From contig JAJDCM010000059.1 of the NCBI GenBank assembly GCA_029260825.1, positions 13,098 through 77,097 of the forward strand: a stretch of DNA of 64,000 nt, read 5' to 3'. This document shows, one piece after another, positions 1 through 9,484 of this stretch. The notes below the pieces were generated by a model. It saw only the letters and a list, made by a program, of their open reading frames with translations, had not been told where the DNA came from and made no database searches. Numbering within the stretch: position 1 is the stretch's first letter; every line of letters begins with the position of its first letter. This DNA is from Planctomycetota bacterium (GTDB lineage: Bacteria; Planctomycetota; JACOTG01; JAJDCM01). The position numbers were made by a program, and so were the translations under genes.

Positions 1-1383
1 CGCGTCCACTCGATGATTCTTTGACGGCCTCGTAGTTGGCTTCTTGGCCAGACCAAAAGCCACGTTCAAAGCATCAAATGTATTGGTCCTTCCGCTGTTC
101 GAGGAGGCGGTGGCAATCTTCGAGATCCCGAGCGGCGACAGGCGAGACAAGAACCTGATCGCCATGTTCTTGTTCTTTTGATTCGCCGGCACAAGCCCCT
201 TCTTCCACGACTCCACCTTGGAGTGAAAGGTCACGATATTGAAGCTCACATGCCCGGGCAAAGACGCAACCGTATTGATCATCTCCTCCCGGGCAAGCTC
301 GATCTTGGTAGCGTAGTCACCGTAGCGCTTCTTGAACGCAGCGAGCCTCGAAGCATCGTTGGTCTCAAGAGAAAGCTTGTCCGACATGCTTGCCGAAACA
401 TCCAACAAGAACAAGATCCGCTGAGACCGGGTCGGGATTCCAGCAAACCCGCCATAGCCTTCTCGCGGCTTCGTCGCATATTGAAAGAGAGCGGCCCTCT
501 GCTTCTTCTGCTTCTCGCTGAGTTGCTTTGCGGTCAGCATCACAAACCGGTCTTTGATTCGATCCCACCACTTCTGCCAATCGGCCGCCGTCTTGGCTGC
601 AACCGCATCGGCAGTGAGGTCGACCAACGCTTCCTGGCAGTCGTCTCGAAGCCGGCCTTTCTCCCGACGAAGCGCGTCGATCAGGGGTTGAATGGTCTCC
701 TTCTTGCGAAACCCTCGCACCGCCTCGATACACGCCGCCCGCACCCGCCAATCAGGATCGGCGGAAAGAAGATGAAGACAACGATCAAGAAGACCTGTTG
801 CCTGCTTCCTTCCCAAGCTGTCGATGGCCGCCAGCCGTACCTGAGGCTCGGAAGCCATGGATAGCTCCAGCAGGGTCGACTCAAGCCGCTCGTCAGTTTC
901 CGGAAGAACCCCGAACACTTCGGCGGTGAGGAGTCGAATCTCGAACGCCGAATCCGTCGCAAGAGGCAAGACTGCGTCAAGCGCTCCCATCGGCGCAGAA
1001 ATCTTGAAGGCTTCAAGGATCGCCATGTTGACCCGGAGACTCCGTTTCCGACGCGCACCCAGCTTCTCGAACAAAAGGGTAAGAGCAGCCTCAGACGTCT
1101 GTCTCGAAAGCGAAATCCGAACCTGGTCCCGGACGGAGGGAGCAGGATCGTTCACCGCAGAAAGGAGAGGAGCAATCGTAAGCTCGTGATTCACGTCGCC
1201 AAGTCCCATGACCGCAGCCTTTCGAACGTGCTCGTTCTTGTTGGCGTAGGCCTGGCGAAAGTCCTTCACCGCCTGCTGCGCTTGTGACTCGTTCTCATCC
1301 GGAAAGCTCCATCCCGGAAGAGAAAAGAGGGGAAGAACCATCAAGCCAATCAGGCACACAACTCCCCGGTAGGTCCTCTTCAT
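1..1383 (-). CDS. Partial CDS (3' end off-window): secreted HEAT/PBS-lyase-repeat protein with C-terminal von Willebrand factor A (VWA) domain
   Basis: Own translation of minus strand from ATG (rc of cat 1381-1383) runs stop-free to position 1. It was not reported by the ORF track because there is no in-window stop. N-terminal signal-like MKRTYRGVVCLIGLMVLPLF. Repeated HEAT-like units (VRKAAVMGLGDV, VRDQVRISL, VRLAAIDSLG, WRVRAACIEAVRGF). VWA MIDAS motif ILFLLDVSASMSD ... TNTFDAL. Sits 16 bp downstream of the 1400..2542 gene, so probably one operon. Confidence 0.6.
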   Translation of the reverse strand, partial: MKRTYRGVVCLIGLMVLPLFSLPGWSFPDENESQAQQAVKDFRQAYANKNEHVRKAAVMGLGDVNHELTIAPLLSAVNDPAPSVRDQVRISLSRQTSEAALTLLFEKLGARRKRSLRVNMAILEAFKISAPMGALDAVLPLATDSAFEIRLLTAEVFGVLPETDERLESTLLELSMASEPQVRLAAIDSLGRKQATGLLDRCLHLLSADPDWRVRAACIEAVRGFRKKETIQPLIDALRREKGRLRDDCQEALVDLTADAVAAKTAADWQKWWDRIKDRFVMLTAKQLSEKQKKQRAALFQYATKPREGYGGFAGIPTRSQRILFLLDVSASMSDKLSLETNDASRLAAFKKRYGDYATKIELAREEMINTVASLPGHVSFNIVTFHSKVESWKKGLVPANQKNKNMAIRFLSRLSPLGISKIATASSNSGRTNTFDALNVAFGLAKKPTTRPSKNHRVDA

Positions 1384-1399
1384 GACTACCTTCCTTCTC

Positions 1400-2542
1400 T
1401 TAATAGGCCTCGGGGAAAACGACTCGCAAGAAAGCCTTCAACTTCTTTCCCGGCCTTTCCCACTTCCCGCGAACAAAAAAAGAATTCCCTTCGAGACCCG
1501 GTGCCGATCCTGCCATGACCAGGATTCGTTCCGCATCGGTTCTGACAATCTCGTTCACGAAGCTCACGATATAATCGTAGTGGTAGGGCTCGAACCCGAC
1601 CATCTCCAATTCGAGAAACTTGACCAGAACAACCGGATCCTGGTTTGGACGGGTTTGCCTCACCTCCACCTGAACCTGCTCGTACTGAGAAAACGCCTCG
1701 GCCTCCTCTCCATCAAGAGGAAGACGCTCGCAACCCGGGATGGTTGAGAACAAGTACTCCGTCAGGTTTTCTTTGACCCGGAATAACTTTGGCGGATAGG
1801 AGACCTGAACCTCAATCGTCTCGTCCGAGCTCGAAAGACTGGACGGTCGATCCTTCCCGGAGAAGCAAAGACCCACATCGCCCCCGGGATACTTGCAGGC
1901 AAACGCGACCGAACCGACGTAACGAAGCACAACGGATACGCCCTCGACTTCAAACGTGTAGTCATATTCGGTATAGCCGGTGTTTGGCATCATGGGCCTG
2001 GAAGCTTCGGTTCCGTTCACCTTGAGAGAGCCTTTCCTTCCACCCGCAGCGGAAAGCTTCTTCCCCTTCCCCGTTTGCCCCCACCAGTTCACCTCGATAA
2101 CACCGCTCTCGCTGGAAGATCGAGGATCCACCTGAAAGCCCAGAAAGAGATCGCCTCGAGAGAGCAAAGCGATTTCCCCCAAACTCATGAACCCGGGAGC
2201 CCAGACCGAGCTCGATGAACCATCTCGAGCGGCCAGATCAAGACCCAGAATTCGACGCGCCCGCGAAGTCACCCTCACCACCGGGTCTTCGTAACCCGGC
2301 TTGCCGCGAAGGGTCGCTATGTGGTCCACTCCGACCCTTCCATGAATGAAGAGGTAGGGGAAAATCTTCTCACGCTCTTCTTCCGACTTGCTCTTCACAT
2401 ACTGGAGAAGGGTCTTCTCAAGCCCCCTTCGCACCTTGAGGGGGAGCTTTGGGTCTTTTCCAAAGGCTGACCGAGGCATCAACTCAACCAGGCAAAAACT
2501 GATTCCGATCAACCCAAGAATCAAAGGTGTTCGTCCGGGCAT
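1400..2542 (-). CDS. Hypothetical secreted protein; start moved to internal Met with signal peptide
   Basis: ORF 1400..2647. The Met at codon 36 (MPGRTPLILGLIGISFCLVELMP) gives a signal-peptide-like N-terminus. Coding-like composition. No family recognised. Confidence 0.5.
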   Translation of the reverse strand: MPGRTPLILGLIGISFCLVELMPRSAFGKDPKLPLKVRRGLEKTLLQYVKSKSEEEREKIFPYLFIHGRVGVDHIATLRGKPGYEDPVVRVTSRARRILGLDLAARDGSSSSVWAPGFMSLGEIALLSRGDLFLGFQVDPRSSSESGVIEVNWWGQTGKGKKLSAAGGRKGSLKVNGTEASRPMMPNTGYTEYDYTFEVEGVSVVLRYVGSVAFACKYPGGDVGLCFSGKDRPSSLSSSDETIEVQVSYPPKLFRVKENLTEYLFSTIPGCERLPLDGEEAEAFSQYEQVQVEVRQTRPNQDPVVLVKFLELEMVGFEPYHYDYIVSFVNEIVRTDAERILVMAGSAPGLEGNSFFVRGKWERPGKKLKAFLRVVFPEAY

Positions 2543-2823
2543 GGCTGTCCTTTCACAGGGACATCGGCTCGCGGAAAAAGCGAGCGCGCGAGTTCTACGA
2601 AAGCAAGAAAGGAGCCAATTCGCAACCTGAATGACCCTGATCACCAACTCCCGACAGGAAAGGGACTTCCGATAGAACTCAAAGTGCTCGAGCCCAGGAG
2701 TCCACCGAAAACGTCACCCGGAGGAAACGAATTGGGGCACTTGACCCGGGAGTCATTGACGGCAACCCTTTTCTTGACATAGACTTCTTGATGAAGGATC
2801 AGTCGGAGGAGACTACGCAACTC

Positions 2824-4455
2824 ATGAAAATTCGCCCTGTTTCGCCCGCACCCATCGGGGTCCTCGTAGCCATCTTCCTTTTCGCCCTGAGCCCCATTCC
2901 CATGAGCGCTCAGAGTCCGTCCCACCTCCACCTTCAAATCCCGGTAAACGGGAATAGCCCCCTTTCTCCCGACCATTTCTTGGACTGGATCGACTGGCTC
3001 CAGCAAGAAGGCTACGGAGCGAATCGATGCGGAGCGAATCCGCGCACCGGGACCGTCTTTCTGACCCTCGACTCGGAAGCAGAGCTGACCCCGCTCCTGG
3101 ACGCCGGGTTTCGAGTGATCTCACGACAGGAATCCGCTCCCCTTGAAGGTGATTCTCGCACCCAATCCCAGTATTTTGACCCCGGAGAAATCGCGGCAAT
3201 GCTCATGCAGACCGTGAACGATCATCCCGGGATCACCCAGCTGATCAACGTGGGAACCACGTTCCAGGGCCGCACGATCTTCGGGATCGAGATTTCGAAT
3301 CAACCCGGAGTCGCCGAAGACGAACCGGCCATTCAGTTCAATGCAGCTCACCACAGCCGGGAAGTCGCGACTCCCCACATCGTCATGGACATCATTGACA
3401 CTTTGACGGACAGCTACGGTTCGAACCCGACGATCACTGCCTGGGTCGACGACTACAAGACGGTGTGTGTCCCCATGGTGAACCCGGATGGAGTTCAGTA
3501 CGTATTCGACACGGATAGCTTCTGGAGGAAGAATCGACAGACGTACCCGGGAGGATGCACCGGCGTCGACCTGAATCGTAATTATTCCTATCGGTGGGGG
3601 CCCGATCGCTGTGGATTCGCGTCCTCCTGCTCGAGCTCCACTCAGACTTACCCAGGCCCCTCGGAGATGTCCGAGCTCGAGACCCAGGCCATGGTCGGCC
3701 TCGCAATGAGCTACCATTTCGTCATGGCGACCTCTTATCACGCTTCCGGTCAGTTCATCGACTACCCTTATGCCTGCAGCAATGGAGCCCCAAATGAGAT
3801 CATGCCGGAGCATCTCGTCATCCATGAGATGATGAATGGCATGGCCGACGGGATCGACGCCGTCGATTCGACACCTCGATATGCAGTCTTCTCACCGGCT
3901 TCTGCCGGAGCGTTAAGCGGAGACGATACGAGCTGGTACTATGCAAATCAGGGGACATACTCTTTCCTGGTTGAAGTAGGAACCAGCTTCGAGCCCTCGT
4001 TCAGCCTCGTTGCCGGAATCGTCAACCGGAACCGAGGCGGATGGCAGTATCTATACGATCGTCTGGGAGAAGCTCGAATCGATGTGCACGTCAACGACGC
4101 TTGCACGAATGATCCGCTCGAGGCCGAGGTCACCTTGCTTGACTTCGTGTTCGACACAGGCGAAGACCCAAGATCAACCTATCTTCCCTTCGGCCGCTGG
4201 ACCTTTCTTGTGCCTCCAAACAGCACCTACACGGTTCGAGTGCAGAAGAACGGTTACGTCACGCAGGATCTGGACGTTCCGGTCGGGAGTTCCCCGTCAT
4301 CCGCCACCATTTCCCTTGTTCCCGACGCCGGCTGCCCTCCGAAGCCTCCTACAAACGTTGTCCCCGCCTCATCCGTATGGACTGGAGGCGCGCTCATAGC
4401 ACTCTTCCTGACATTTGGACTCTTCTTCATCATCCGTGCCCAACGTCTTCCTTGA
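2824..4455 (+). CDS. Peptidase M14 zinc carboxypeptidase with C-terminal regulatory-like domain and C-terminal TM anchor
   Basis: M14 catalytic motifs visible: HSRE (HxxE zinc ligands), DLNRNY, SYHASGQ (third zinc His), FLVEVG (catalytic Glu). Signal peptide MKIRPVSPAPIGVLVAIFLFALSPIPMSAQ. C-terminal hydrophobic helix ALIALFLTFGLFFII. Confidence 0.8.
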   Translation: MKIRPVSPAPIGVLVAIFLFALSPIPMSAQSPSHLHLQIPVNGNSPLSPDHFLDWIDWLQQEGYGANRCGANPRTGTVFLTLDSEAELTPLLDAGFRVISRQESAPLEGDSRTQSQYFDPGEIAAMLMQTVNDHPGITQLINVGTTFQGRTIFGIEISNQPGVAEDEPAIQFNAAHHSREVATPHIVMDIIDTLTDSYGSNPTITAWVDDYKTVCVPMVNPDGVQYVFDTDSFWRKNRQTYPGGCTGVDLNRNYSYRWGPDRCGFASSCSSSTQTYPGPSEMSELETQAMVGLAMSYHFVMATSYHASGQFIDYPYACSNGAPNEIMPEHLVIHEMMNGMADGIDAVDSTPRYAVFSPASAGALSGDDTSWYYANQGTYSFLVEVGTSFEPSFSLVAGIVNRNRGGWQYLYDRLGEARIDVHVNDACTNDPLEAEVTLLDFVFDTGEDPRSTYLPFGRWTFLVPPNSTYTVRVQKNGYVTQDLDVPVGSSPSSATISLVPDAGCPPKPPTNVVPASSVWTGGALIALFLTFGLFFIIRAQRLP

Positions 4456-4485
4456 TTCTTTGACTGCCGAGCCAGGAGCTTATTG

Positions 4486-6183
4486 ATGCGAACCATGTCC
4501 CTTCCAGCCCTACTTGCAAACGCTCTACTCCTTCTTGTGTTTTCAACTCATGCTCGGGCACAGGTGACCGATCTTGGCCAGATCGACTTTCCCAATTCCG
4601 GGGCTCCCGAGGCACAAGAGGCCTTTCTTACCGGAGCCCTACTCCTCCATAGCTTTGAATATGAAGACGCAGCAGAATCCTTTCGTGAAGCTCAGGCTAT
4701 CGATCCGGACTTCGTTCTTGCGTACTGGGGAGAAGCCCTCACCTACAGCCATACACTGTGGCGGCAGGAGGATCAGGAAAAAGCGCTAGAGGTTCTCGGT
4801 CGCCTGGGAACCACCCCCGCGGAGCGAGCAAAAAGAGCCATGACCGAACGGGAAAGAGGGCTCTTGCGAGCTGTGGAACGACTCTGGGGAGACGGGGATC
4901 GAAAGACGAGAAAGGTCGCGTACTCCGACGAACTTGCAAGGCTCCATGCGCAGTTCCCGGACGATCTTGAGATCGCTTCCTTTTACTCCATTTCCATTCT
5001 CGGAAAGGCCATGGGTGAAAGAGATCACAGACTCGCATTGCAAGCAGCGGCGATCGCCGAGGAGGTCTTTCAAAAAAACCCACGCCATCCGGGTGCCCTC
5101 CACTACGCCATCCATTCCTACGACGACCCCATTCACGCACCCCTTGGACTCCGCATGGCCCGTGTCTATGCGAAGGTAGCACCTGCCGCGGCGCACGCTC
5201 TTCACATGCCTTCTCACATCTATGTTGCTCTTGGGCTCTGGGAAGATTCCGCATCCTCGAATGAAGACTCTTCCGCGGCCGCCGATGCACGTCGAGCCCG
5301 AAAACAACTCAGCATCGAAGCCCGCGGCTATCATTCGCTCTACTGGCTCGCGTACACCTATCTTCAGCTGGGTCGGTTTCAGGAGGCGCGAAAGCTACTT
5401 GCGGATATGATTCGAGATGAGAAAGAGAGCGGCACCAAAAGCACCCGTTCGAGCCTCGCAACGATGCGCAACGCCTACCTTGTGGGTACGGGACAGTGGG
5501 ACGACCCGGTCGCGGAAATCGAGATGGATCCTGCGGAGCTCCGTCCATCGACCGTAGCCAACAACTACTTCGTCTCCGGAGCGGCAGCGGCATACCGGGG
5601 AAAGATGGACGAGGCGGAGAAGATCCTCGACAGCCTTCAAGCCCTTCAGAAAAAACTCGGTGACCCGGATTTGATCTCGACCCCGGCTCTTGCCGAAGTT
5701 GCAAGTTGCTGCAATCCAGCCCCGCTTGTGGGCCCTTACGGTCCTCGCGGTCGCAAAGAAGTTGCGATCATTACCCGCGAGCTCGAAGGCATCGTGCATC
5801 TGAAGAGCAACAGGATTGATGAGGCACTTCTCGCCCTCAAAGAGGCAACCAGAATCGAGGACACATTGAGCTTCGACTTTGGACCTCCGATCATCATCAA
5901 ACCGGCCCACGAGCTTCTGGGTGAGGTGCTGCTTGAGATCGATCGCCCCGAGGAAGCCGCTGCTGAATTCCAGGCCGCTCTCTTTCGGGCTCCGCGAAAA
6001 ACTCGCGCGCTTCTTGGGCTCGCTCGAGCTGCCACGAGAACCAAGCAGATCGAAATCGCAAAAGACAGCTGGAATCGACTCGCTCTTATCTTGCATCGGG
6101 CGGACGATGAGGTGCCTTACTTGAAGGAAGTGCGTGCATCTTCGTCCGGTACTCCCGGATCATCCACCGTGCAAGGAAACTGA
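4486..6183 (+). CDS. Secreted TPR/alpha-helical repeat protein
   Basis: ATG at 4486 preceded by aggag RBS. Signal peptide MRTMSLPALLANALLLLVFSTHARA. The helical-repeat composition is TPR-like, with repeated Ala/Leu-rich helices and conserved W/Y spacing. Confidence 0.65.
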   Translation: MRTMSLPALLANALLLLVFSTHARAQVTDLGQIDFPNSGAPEAQEAFLTGALLLHSFEYEDAAESFREAQAIDPDFVLAYWGEALTYSHTLWRQEDQEKALEVLGRLGTTPAERAKRAMTERERGLLRAVERLWGDGDRKTRKVAYSDELARLHAQFPDDLEIASFYSISILGKAMGERDHRLALQAAAIAEEVFQKNPRHPGALHYAIHSYDDPIHAPLGLRMARVYAKVAPAAAHALHMPSHIYVALGLWEDSASSNEDSSAAADARRARKQLSIEARGYHSLYWLAYTYLQLGRFQEARKLLADMIRDEKESGTKSTRSSLATMRNAYLVGTGQWDDPVAEIEMDPAELRPSTVANNYFVSGAAAAYRGKMDEAEKILDSLQALQKKLGDPDLISTPALAEVASCCNPAPLVGPYGPRGRKEVAIITRELEGIVHLKSNRIDEALLALKEATRIEDTLSFDFGPPIIIKPAHELLGEVLLEIDRPEEAAAEFQAALFRAPRKTRALLGLARAATRTKQIEIAKDSWNRLALILHRADDEVPYLKEVRASSSGTPGSSTVQGN

Positions 6184-6189
6184 GACCCC

Positions 6190-7419
6190 TTGGATTCCAT
6201 TTCTCTTCGCTCGACTCGTCGTCTGGCCCTGGCTCGGGCAGGCCTTCTGAAACCCGAATGGACCGATCTTCCTTCAAAAGCTGCTGGGGGCGGTAAACGA
6301 GCCCTCAACGCCGCGCTCGCGGTGATCCGGCGATTCGGCTATCTGCAGCTCGACACCGTTTCCATCTCCGGGGCGCGCACCCACAGCATCGTCTTGTTAT
6401 CTCGCCTTCAAGGCATGGATTCCACACTGGGAGAACAGCTCCTTCGCCCGGGGAACCCGCTTTTTGAATACTGGGGACATGAAGCCAGCTGGATACCCGT
6501 TGAGCTTTATCCATACTTCGGTTTCAGGAGGAAGGAATTTCGCAGTCACCCCTGGTTCGGGGATGTTCTCACCCAGCACAAAAAAATCGCAAAACACATT
6601 CTCTCGCGGCTCAGGAAAGAGGGCCCGATGCGGTCCTCGGAGATCGGTGGAAAGAACCACGGCGGGTGGTGGAACCTCGGAGCCGAAAAGAAGGTGCTTC
6701 TTGGTTTGTGGTGCGCTGGAGATCTCGCCATTCGAGAACGCTCCGGCTTTCAACGGATCTATGATCTCCCGGAGAGAGTGATTCCCCGGGAACACGCGAC
6801 GAAGAAAGTGCCTCTCTCCCAGGCGATCGAAAAGCTCCTCCTCCTTTCTCTTGAGGGCCACGGATTTGCCTCCACCTCGACCCTTGCAGCAACCTTTCGC
6901 CTCAAGAAGAAGAAAAAGGAAATCGAAAGCGCGCTCAGGCGGCTTCAAGAGAAGAAGTCCATCGTTCCTTGTGGGCTTCTTCCCGAAGATGGATCGTCCA
7001 TCCGTGGGTGGATCCGGCCCGACGATCTGGAGCTATCCCAGCGACTCTCTCGCATTCGCCCTCGAAAAGATCGAGGTGTCTTGCTTTCTCCATTCGACCC
7101 GGTCCTCTGGGATCGAGGACGCGTGCTTCAGCTCTTTGGATTCGATCAGACTCTTGAAATCTACAAACCGGCGCCTCAGAGGGTCTATGGATATTACTGC
7201 CTACCGGTCCTTGCTGGAGATCGACTCGTGGGTCGGGTCGATCTGAAAGCCGATCGAAAGAAGGGCGTTCTCAAGGTTCTTTCTCGCCACTTTGGCGGGA
7301 TCGAAAAGCCAAAGAAACCCGCTCCCTGTGATCAGGAAGCGATGAAGACCGCGCTACTTCGTTTCGGCGATGGGGTCGGGCTCGAGGTGTCGGGTGTGGG
7401 AAGTGCTCAAACTATCTGA
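6190..7419 (+). CDS. Winged-helix DNA glycosylase, YcaQ/AlkZ (DUF1006) family, putative interstrand-crosslink repair
   Basis: TTG start immediately after an in-frame stop. Family-typical blocks are present: GYLQLDTVSISGARTHSIVLLSR, WGHEASWIP, LLSPFDPVLWDRGRVLQLFGFDQTLEIYKPAPQRVYGYYCLPVLAGDRLVGRVDLKADRKKGVL. Confidence 0.7.
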   Translation: MDSISLRSTRRLALARAGLLKPEWTDLPSKAAGGGKRALNAALAVIRRFGYLQLDTVSISGARTHSIVLLSRLQGMDSTLGEQLLRPGNPLFEYWGHEASWIPVELYPYFGFRRKEFRSHPWFGDVLTQHKKIAKHILSRLRKEGPMRSSEIGGKNHGGWWNLGAEKKVLLGLWCAGDLAIRERSGFQRIYDLPERVIPREHATKKVPLSQAIEKLLLLSLEGHGFASTSTLAATFRLKKKKKEIESALRRLQEKKSIVPCGLLPEDGSSIRGWIRPDDLELSQRLSRIRPRKDRGVLLSPFDPVLWDRGRVLQLFGFDQTLEIYKPAPQRVYGYYCLPVLAGDRLVGRVDLKADRKKGVLKVLSRHFGGIEKPKKPAPCDQEAMKTALLRFGDGVGLEVSGVGSAQTI

Positions 7420-7430
7420 TCACGACATCT

Positions 7431-8654
7431 TCATTGGATCTGAAGAACCACTCCGTTCGTAACACTGAACCCGGTCGCATTTGCCGAACCAGAATCTTCC
7501 AGAAGCGCCTGCATGGAAATCGTCATCGGGTTCGCAAGTCCAGGTCCCCGGTTGAGACTCCAAGGGGCGGTGGGAGGCCCTGAGGTCACGACCGTTCCGG
7601 CACAAGCAAATATTGGAATTCCACTTCCTCGAACACACCGAAAAGGCTGAGGGGACAATCCCGAATGAAATGGAGTCGGATTCATGAGGCATCCGATGCT
7701 CTGGCCGGCAGCGCCCAGATTCACCGCTAGTGTGGGCCCCGCGACCCATGCCCAGAAGACGTATCTCGCCGACGCCGGACCAGCGGGCGCAGTATCCAAA
7801 GTCACTTCGATCGGGGAGTTCACCGTTGTGGTGACAGTTCGCGTGGCACCCCCCGATGACCCATCGACAAAAAGGACATCGGCCCTTGTTCCGTTACCAA
7901 CGTTCACATTGCCCGACGCACCTTGCTCGAGGAAACTCACCAGACCACACTGAGAGAGTTGATCGACTTCGGCTGCCGTCAGCTCCCCGTCAAAGAAAGC
8001 AATATCGTCAAGAACGAGTTGGGTTCCCACGTCACCGAAAAAACCGTTGGCCAGAATAAGATCCTGCTGGTAATTGATGAGGTTAACGATGGCAGGCGTA
8101 TGCATCGTTACCATAGAAGACCCATCCTGGTAGATGAGCACTTCACCGCCCTGCCGTCTCACGAGAACGAACATGTGACAAGCACCATCCGCTGGATCTC
8201 CGGCGGAATCACATTGAACAAAATTCCCTGAATCTCGTTGATTGAAACGCAGGGTGCCACTGCCGCCGTTGTGAGCACAATTTAGTCCATTTAAACTTCC
8301 AGCGTTATCCTGGGTACGAAAAAACCGCACGTTGTTGACGTGGTTGGATTGAATCCACACAACAACACTATATGGATCCATCCCAAACTCGAGTGACGTT
8401 TGCGTTCCAGGGAAACTCACTGAATCCGGATCGACCCCCTTGAACTGGATCCCCAAGCCGCCAAAGACTCCTGGAACGTAGCTCGGCGCACATCCGGTGT
8501 TCGGATTGACCACCCCTGGCATGGTGGCCGCGGGCCCAATTCCAACCAGCGAACCCTGGTCAAAGAGCCAAGCCGCCCTGAGAGTTGCCGCATTGCCGGA
8601 TGGACACCAGGCAAAAGAAAGCACAAGAAAACACCATCCAAGTAGCAGACGCAT
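7431..8654 (-). CDS. Secreted LamG-like (concanavalin-type lectin/jellyroll) protein carrying the shared C-terminal domain (CTD)
   Basis: Signal peptide MRLLLGWCFLVLSFAWCPSGNA. LamG-like block (LRAAWLFDQGS ... FFDGELTAAEV). The C-terminal ~160 aa are homologous to the C-termini of four other proteins in this window. Confidence 0.8.
   Translation of the reverse strand: MRLLLGWCFLVLSFAWCPSGNAATLRAAWLFDQGSLVGIGPAATMPGVVNPNTGCAPSYVPGVFGGLGIQFKGVDPDSVSFPGTQTSLEFGMDPYSVVVWIQSNHVNNVRFFRTQDNAGSLNGLNCAHNGGSGTLRFNQRDSGNFVQCDSAGDPADGACHMFVLVRRQGGEVLIYQDGSSMVTMHTPAIVNLINYQQDLILANGFFGDVGTQLVLDDIAFFDGELTAAEVDQLSQCGLVSFLEQGASGNVNVGNGTRADVLFVDGSSGGATRTVTTTVNSPIEVTLDTAPAGPASARYVFWAWVAGPTLAVNLGAAGQSIGCLMNPTPFHSGLSPQPFRCVRGSGIPIFACAGTVVTSGPPTAPWSLNRGPGLANPMTISMQALLEDSGSANATGFSVTNGVVLQIQ
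7434..7913 (-). other. Shared C-terminal domain (CTD) instance 1
   Basis: GNVNVGNGTRADVLFVDGSSGG...RYVFWAWVAGP...IGCLMNPTPF...PQPFRCVRGSGIPIFACAGT...ANATGFSVTNGVVLQIQ. Aligns residue-by-residue with the instances at 18895-19377, 30290-30760, 55183-55653 and 58103-58591. Confidence 0.75.
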
Positions 8655-8970
8655 AGCTCGTCCCTCTTCTTCCGACCACGTTTCCTCACGAAGTATCAGC
8701 CTGGAACAACCAAACTGACCTGGTATGGATGCCAGGCAATCCCGTTATTCCTTGTTGCGTACAAAGTCGAAGCAGCACGAACAACTTCTTCGAATTTCAT
8801 CGAAGTTGTTCACGGAAGGCTTCGAAACAAGCCCGCCAAACTCATCAAGAATAGCCATAAGCATCTGCCTTGCTGCAACATGCGCCCATTGACAGAGACC
8901 TCTCACTCCCCTATCATCCCCGGGGTCTCATGTCTTGTGTCAGAACACCCCCCCGATCAAATCCGGAATC

Positions 8971-9471
8971 ATGACCGACGATCAGCCGACCTTTGACGAA
9001 ATCTATGAGGAATTGCGGAGGATCGCCGTTCGCTTCATGCGAGGGGAGAGATCAAACCATACGCTTCAACCCACTGCTCTCGTCCATGAGGTCTACATCC
9101 GGCTCTGCCCGGACAAAAAGGGTTCATGGGAAAGCCGCGCGCATTTCTTGTCAACTGCCGCCCGCGCTGTCCGGAGAGTGCTCGTTGATCATGCCCGTCT
9201 ACACGGTGCAAGAGAAGGAAGGATGAACAAGATCACTCTGGGTGATCAAGTCGAGGATGCTCCAGACATTCGTCTCAACGCCATCGCACTGGATGAGGCC
9301 GTTCAAAAACTGACGGAGAAATCCAAGCGCAAGAGCCAGATAGTAGAGTTGCGGTTTTTTGCCGGCCTGACCATCGAGGAGACAGCCAAGGTCCTGGGAC
9401 TATCAAGTAGACTGGTGGACAAAGAGTGGCGGTTTGCACGTGCTTGGCTCAGGCGCGAAGTGAGCCGATAG
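8971..9471 (+). CDS. ECF-type RNA polymerase sigma factor of the Ser/Thr-kinase-associated type (ECF43-like)
   Basis: Sigma-2 region (RFMRGERSNHTLQPTALVHEVYIRL) and sigma-4 HTH (QIVELRFFAGLTIEETAKVLGLSSRLVDKEWRFARAWL). It sits 13 bp upstream of an STK gene, which is the classic pairing. Confidence 0.85.
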   Translation: MTDDQPTFDEIYEELRRIAVRFMRGERSNHTLQPTALVHEVYIRLCPDKKGSWESRAHFLSTAARAVRRVLVDHARLHGAREGRMNKITLGDQVEDAPDIRLNAIALDEAVQKLTEKSKRKSQIVELRFFAGLTIEETAKVLGLSSRLVDKEWRFARAWLRREVSR

Positions 9472-9484
9472 CAGGGAAATTCAA

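Noticed and set aside
178-864. 228-aa plus-strand ORF, together with the small ORFs at 279-1189
   Set aside because: They lie entirely inside the stop-free minus-strand frame that encodes a coherent HEAT+VWA protein. The plus-strand product is low-complexity and Arg/Leu/Pro-rich, the typical antisense shadow in GC-rich DNA.
4739-5334. Overlapping 182-183-aa minus-strand ORFs
   Set aside because: They sit inside the secreted TPR protein gene. The sense frame has a signal peptide and an operon context. The antisense frames are Arg/Gly-rich.
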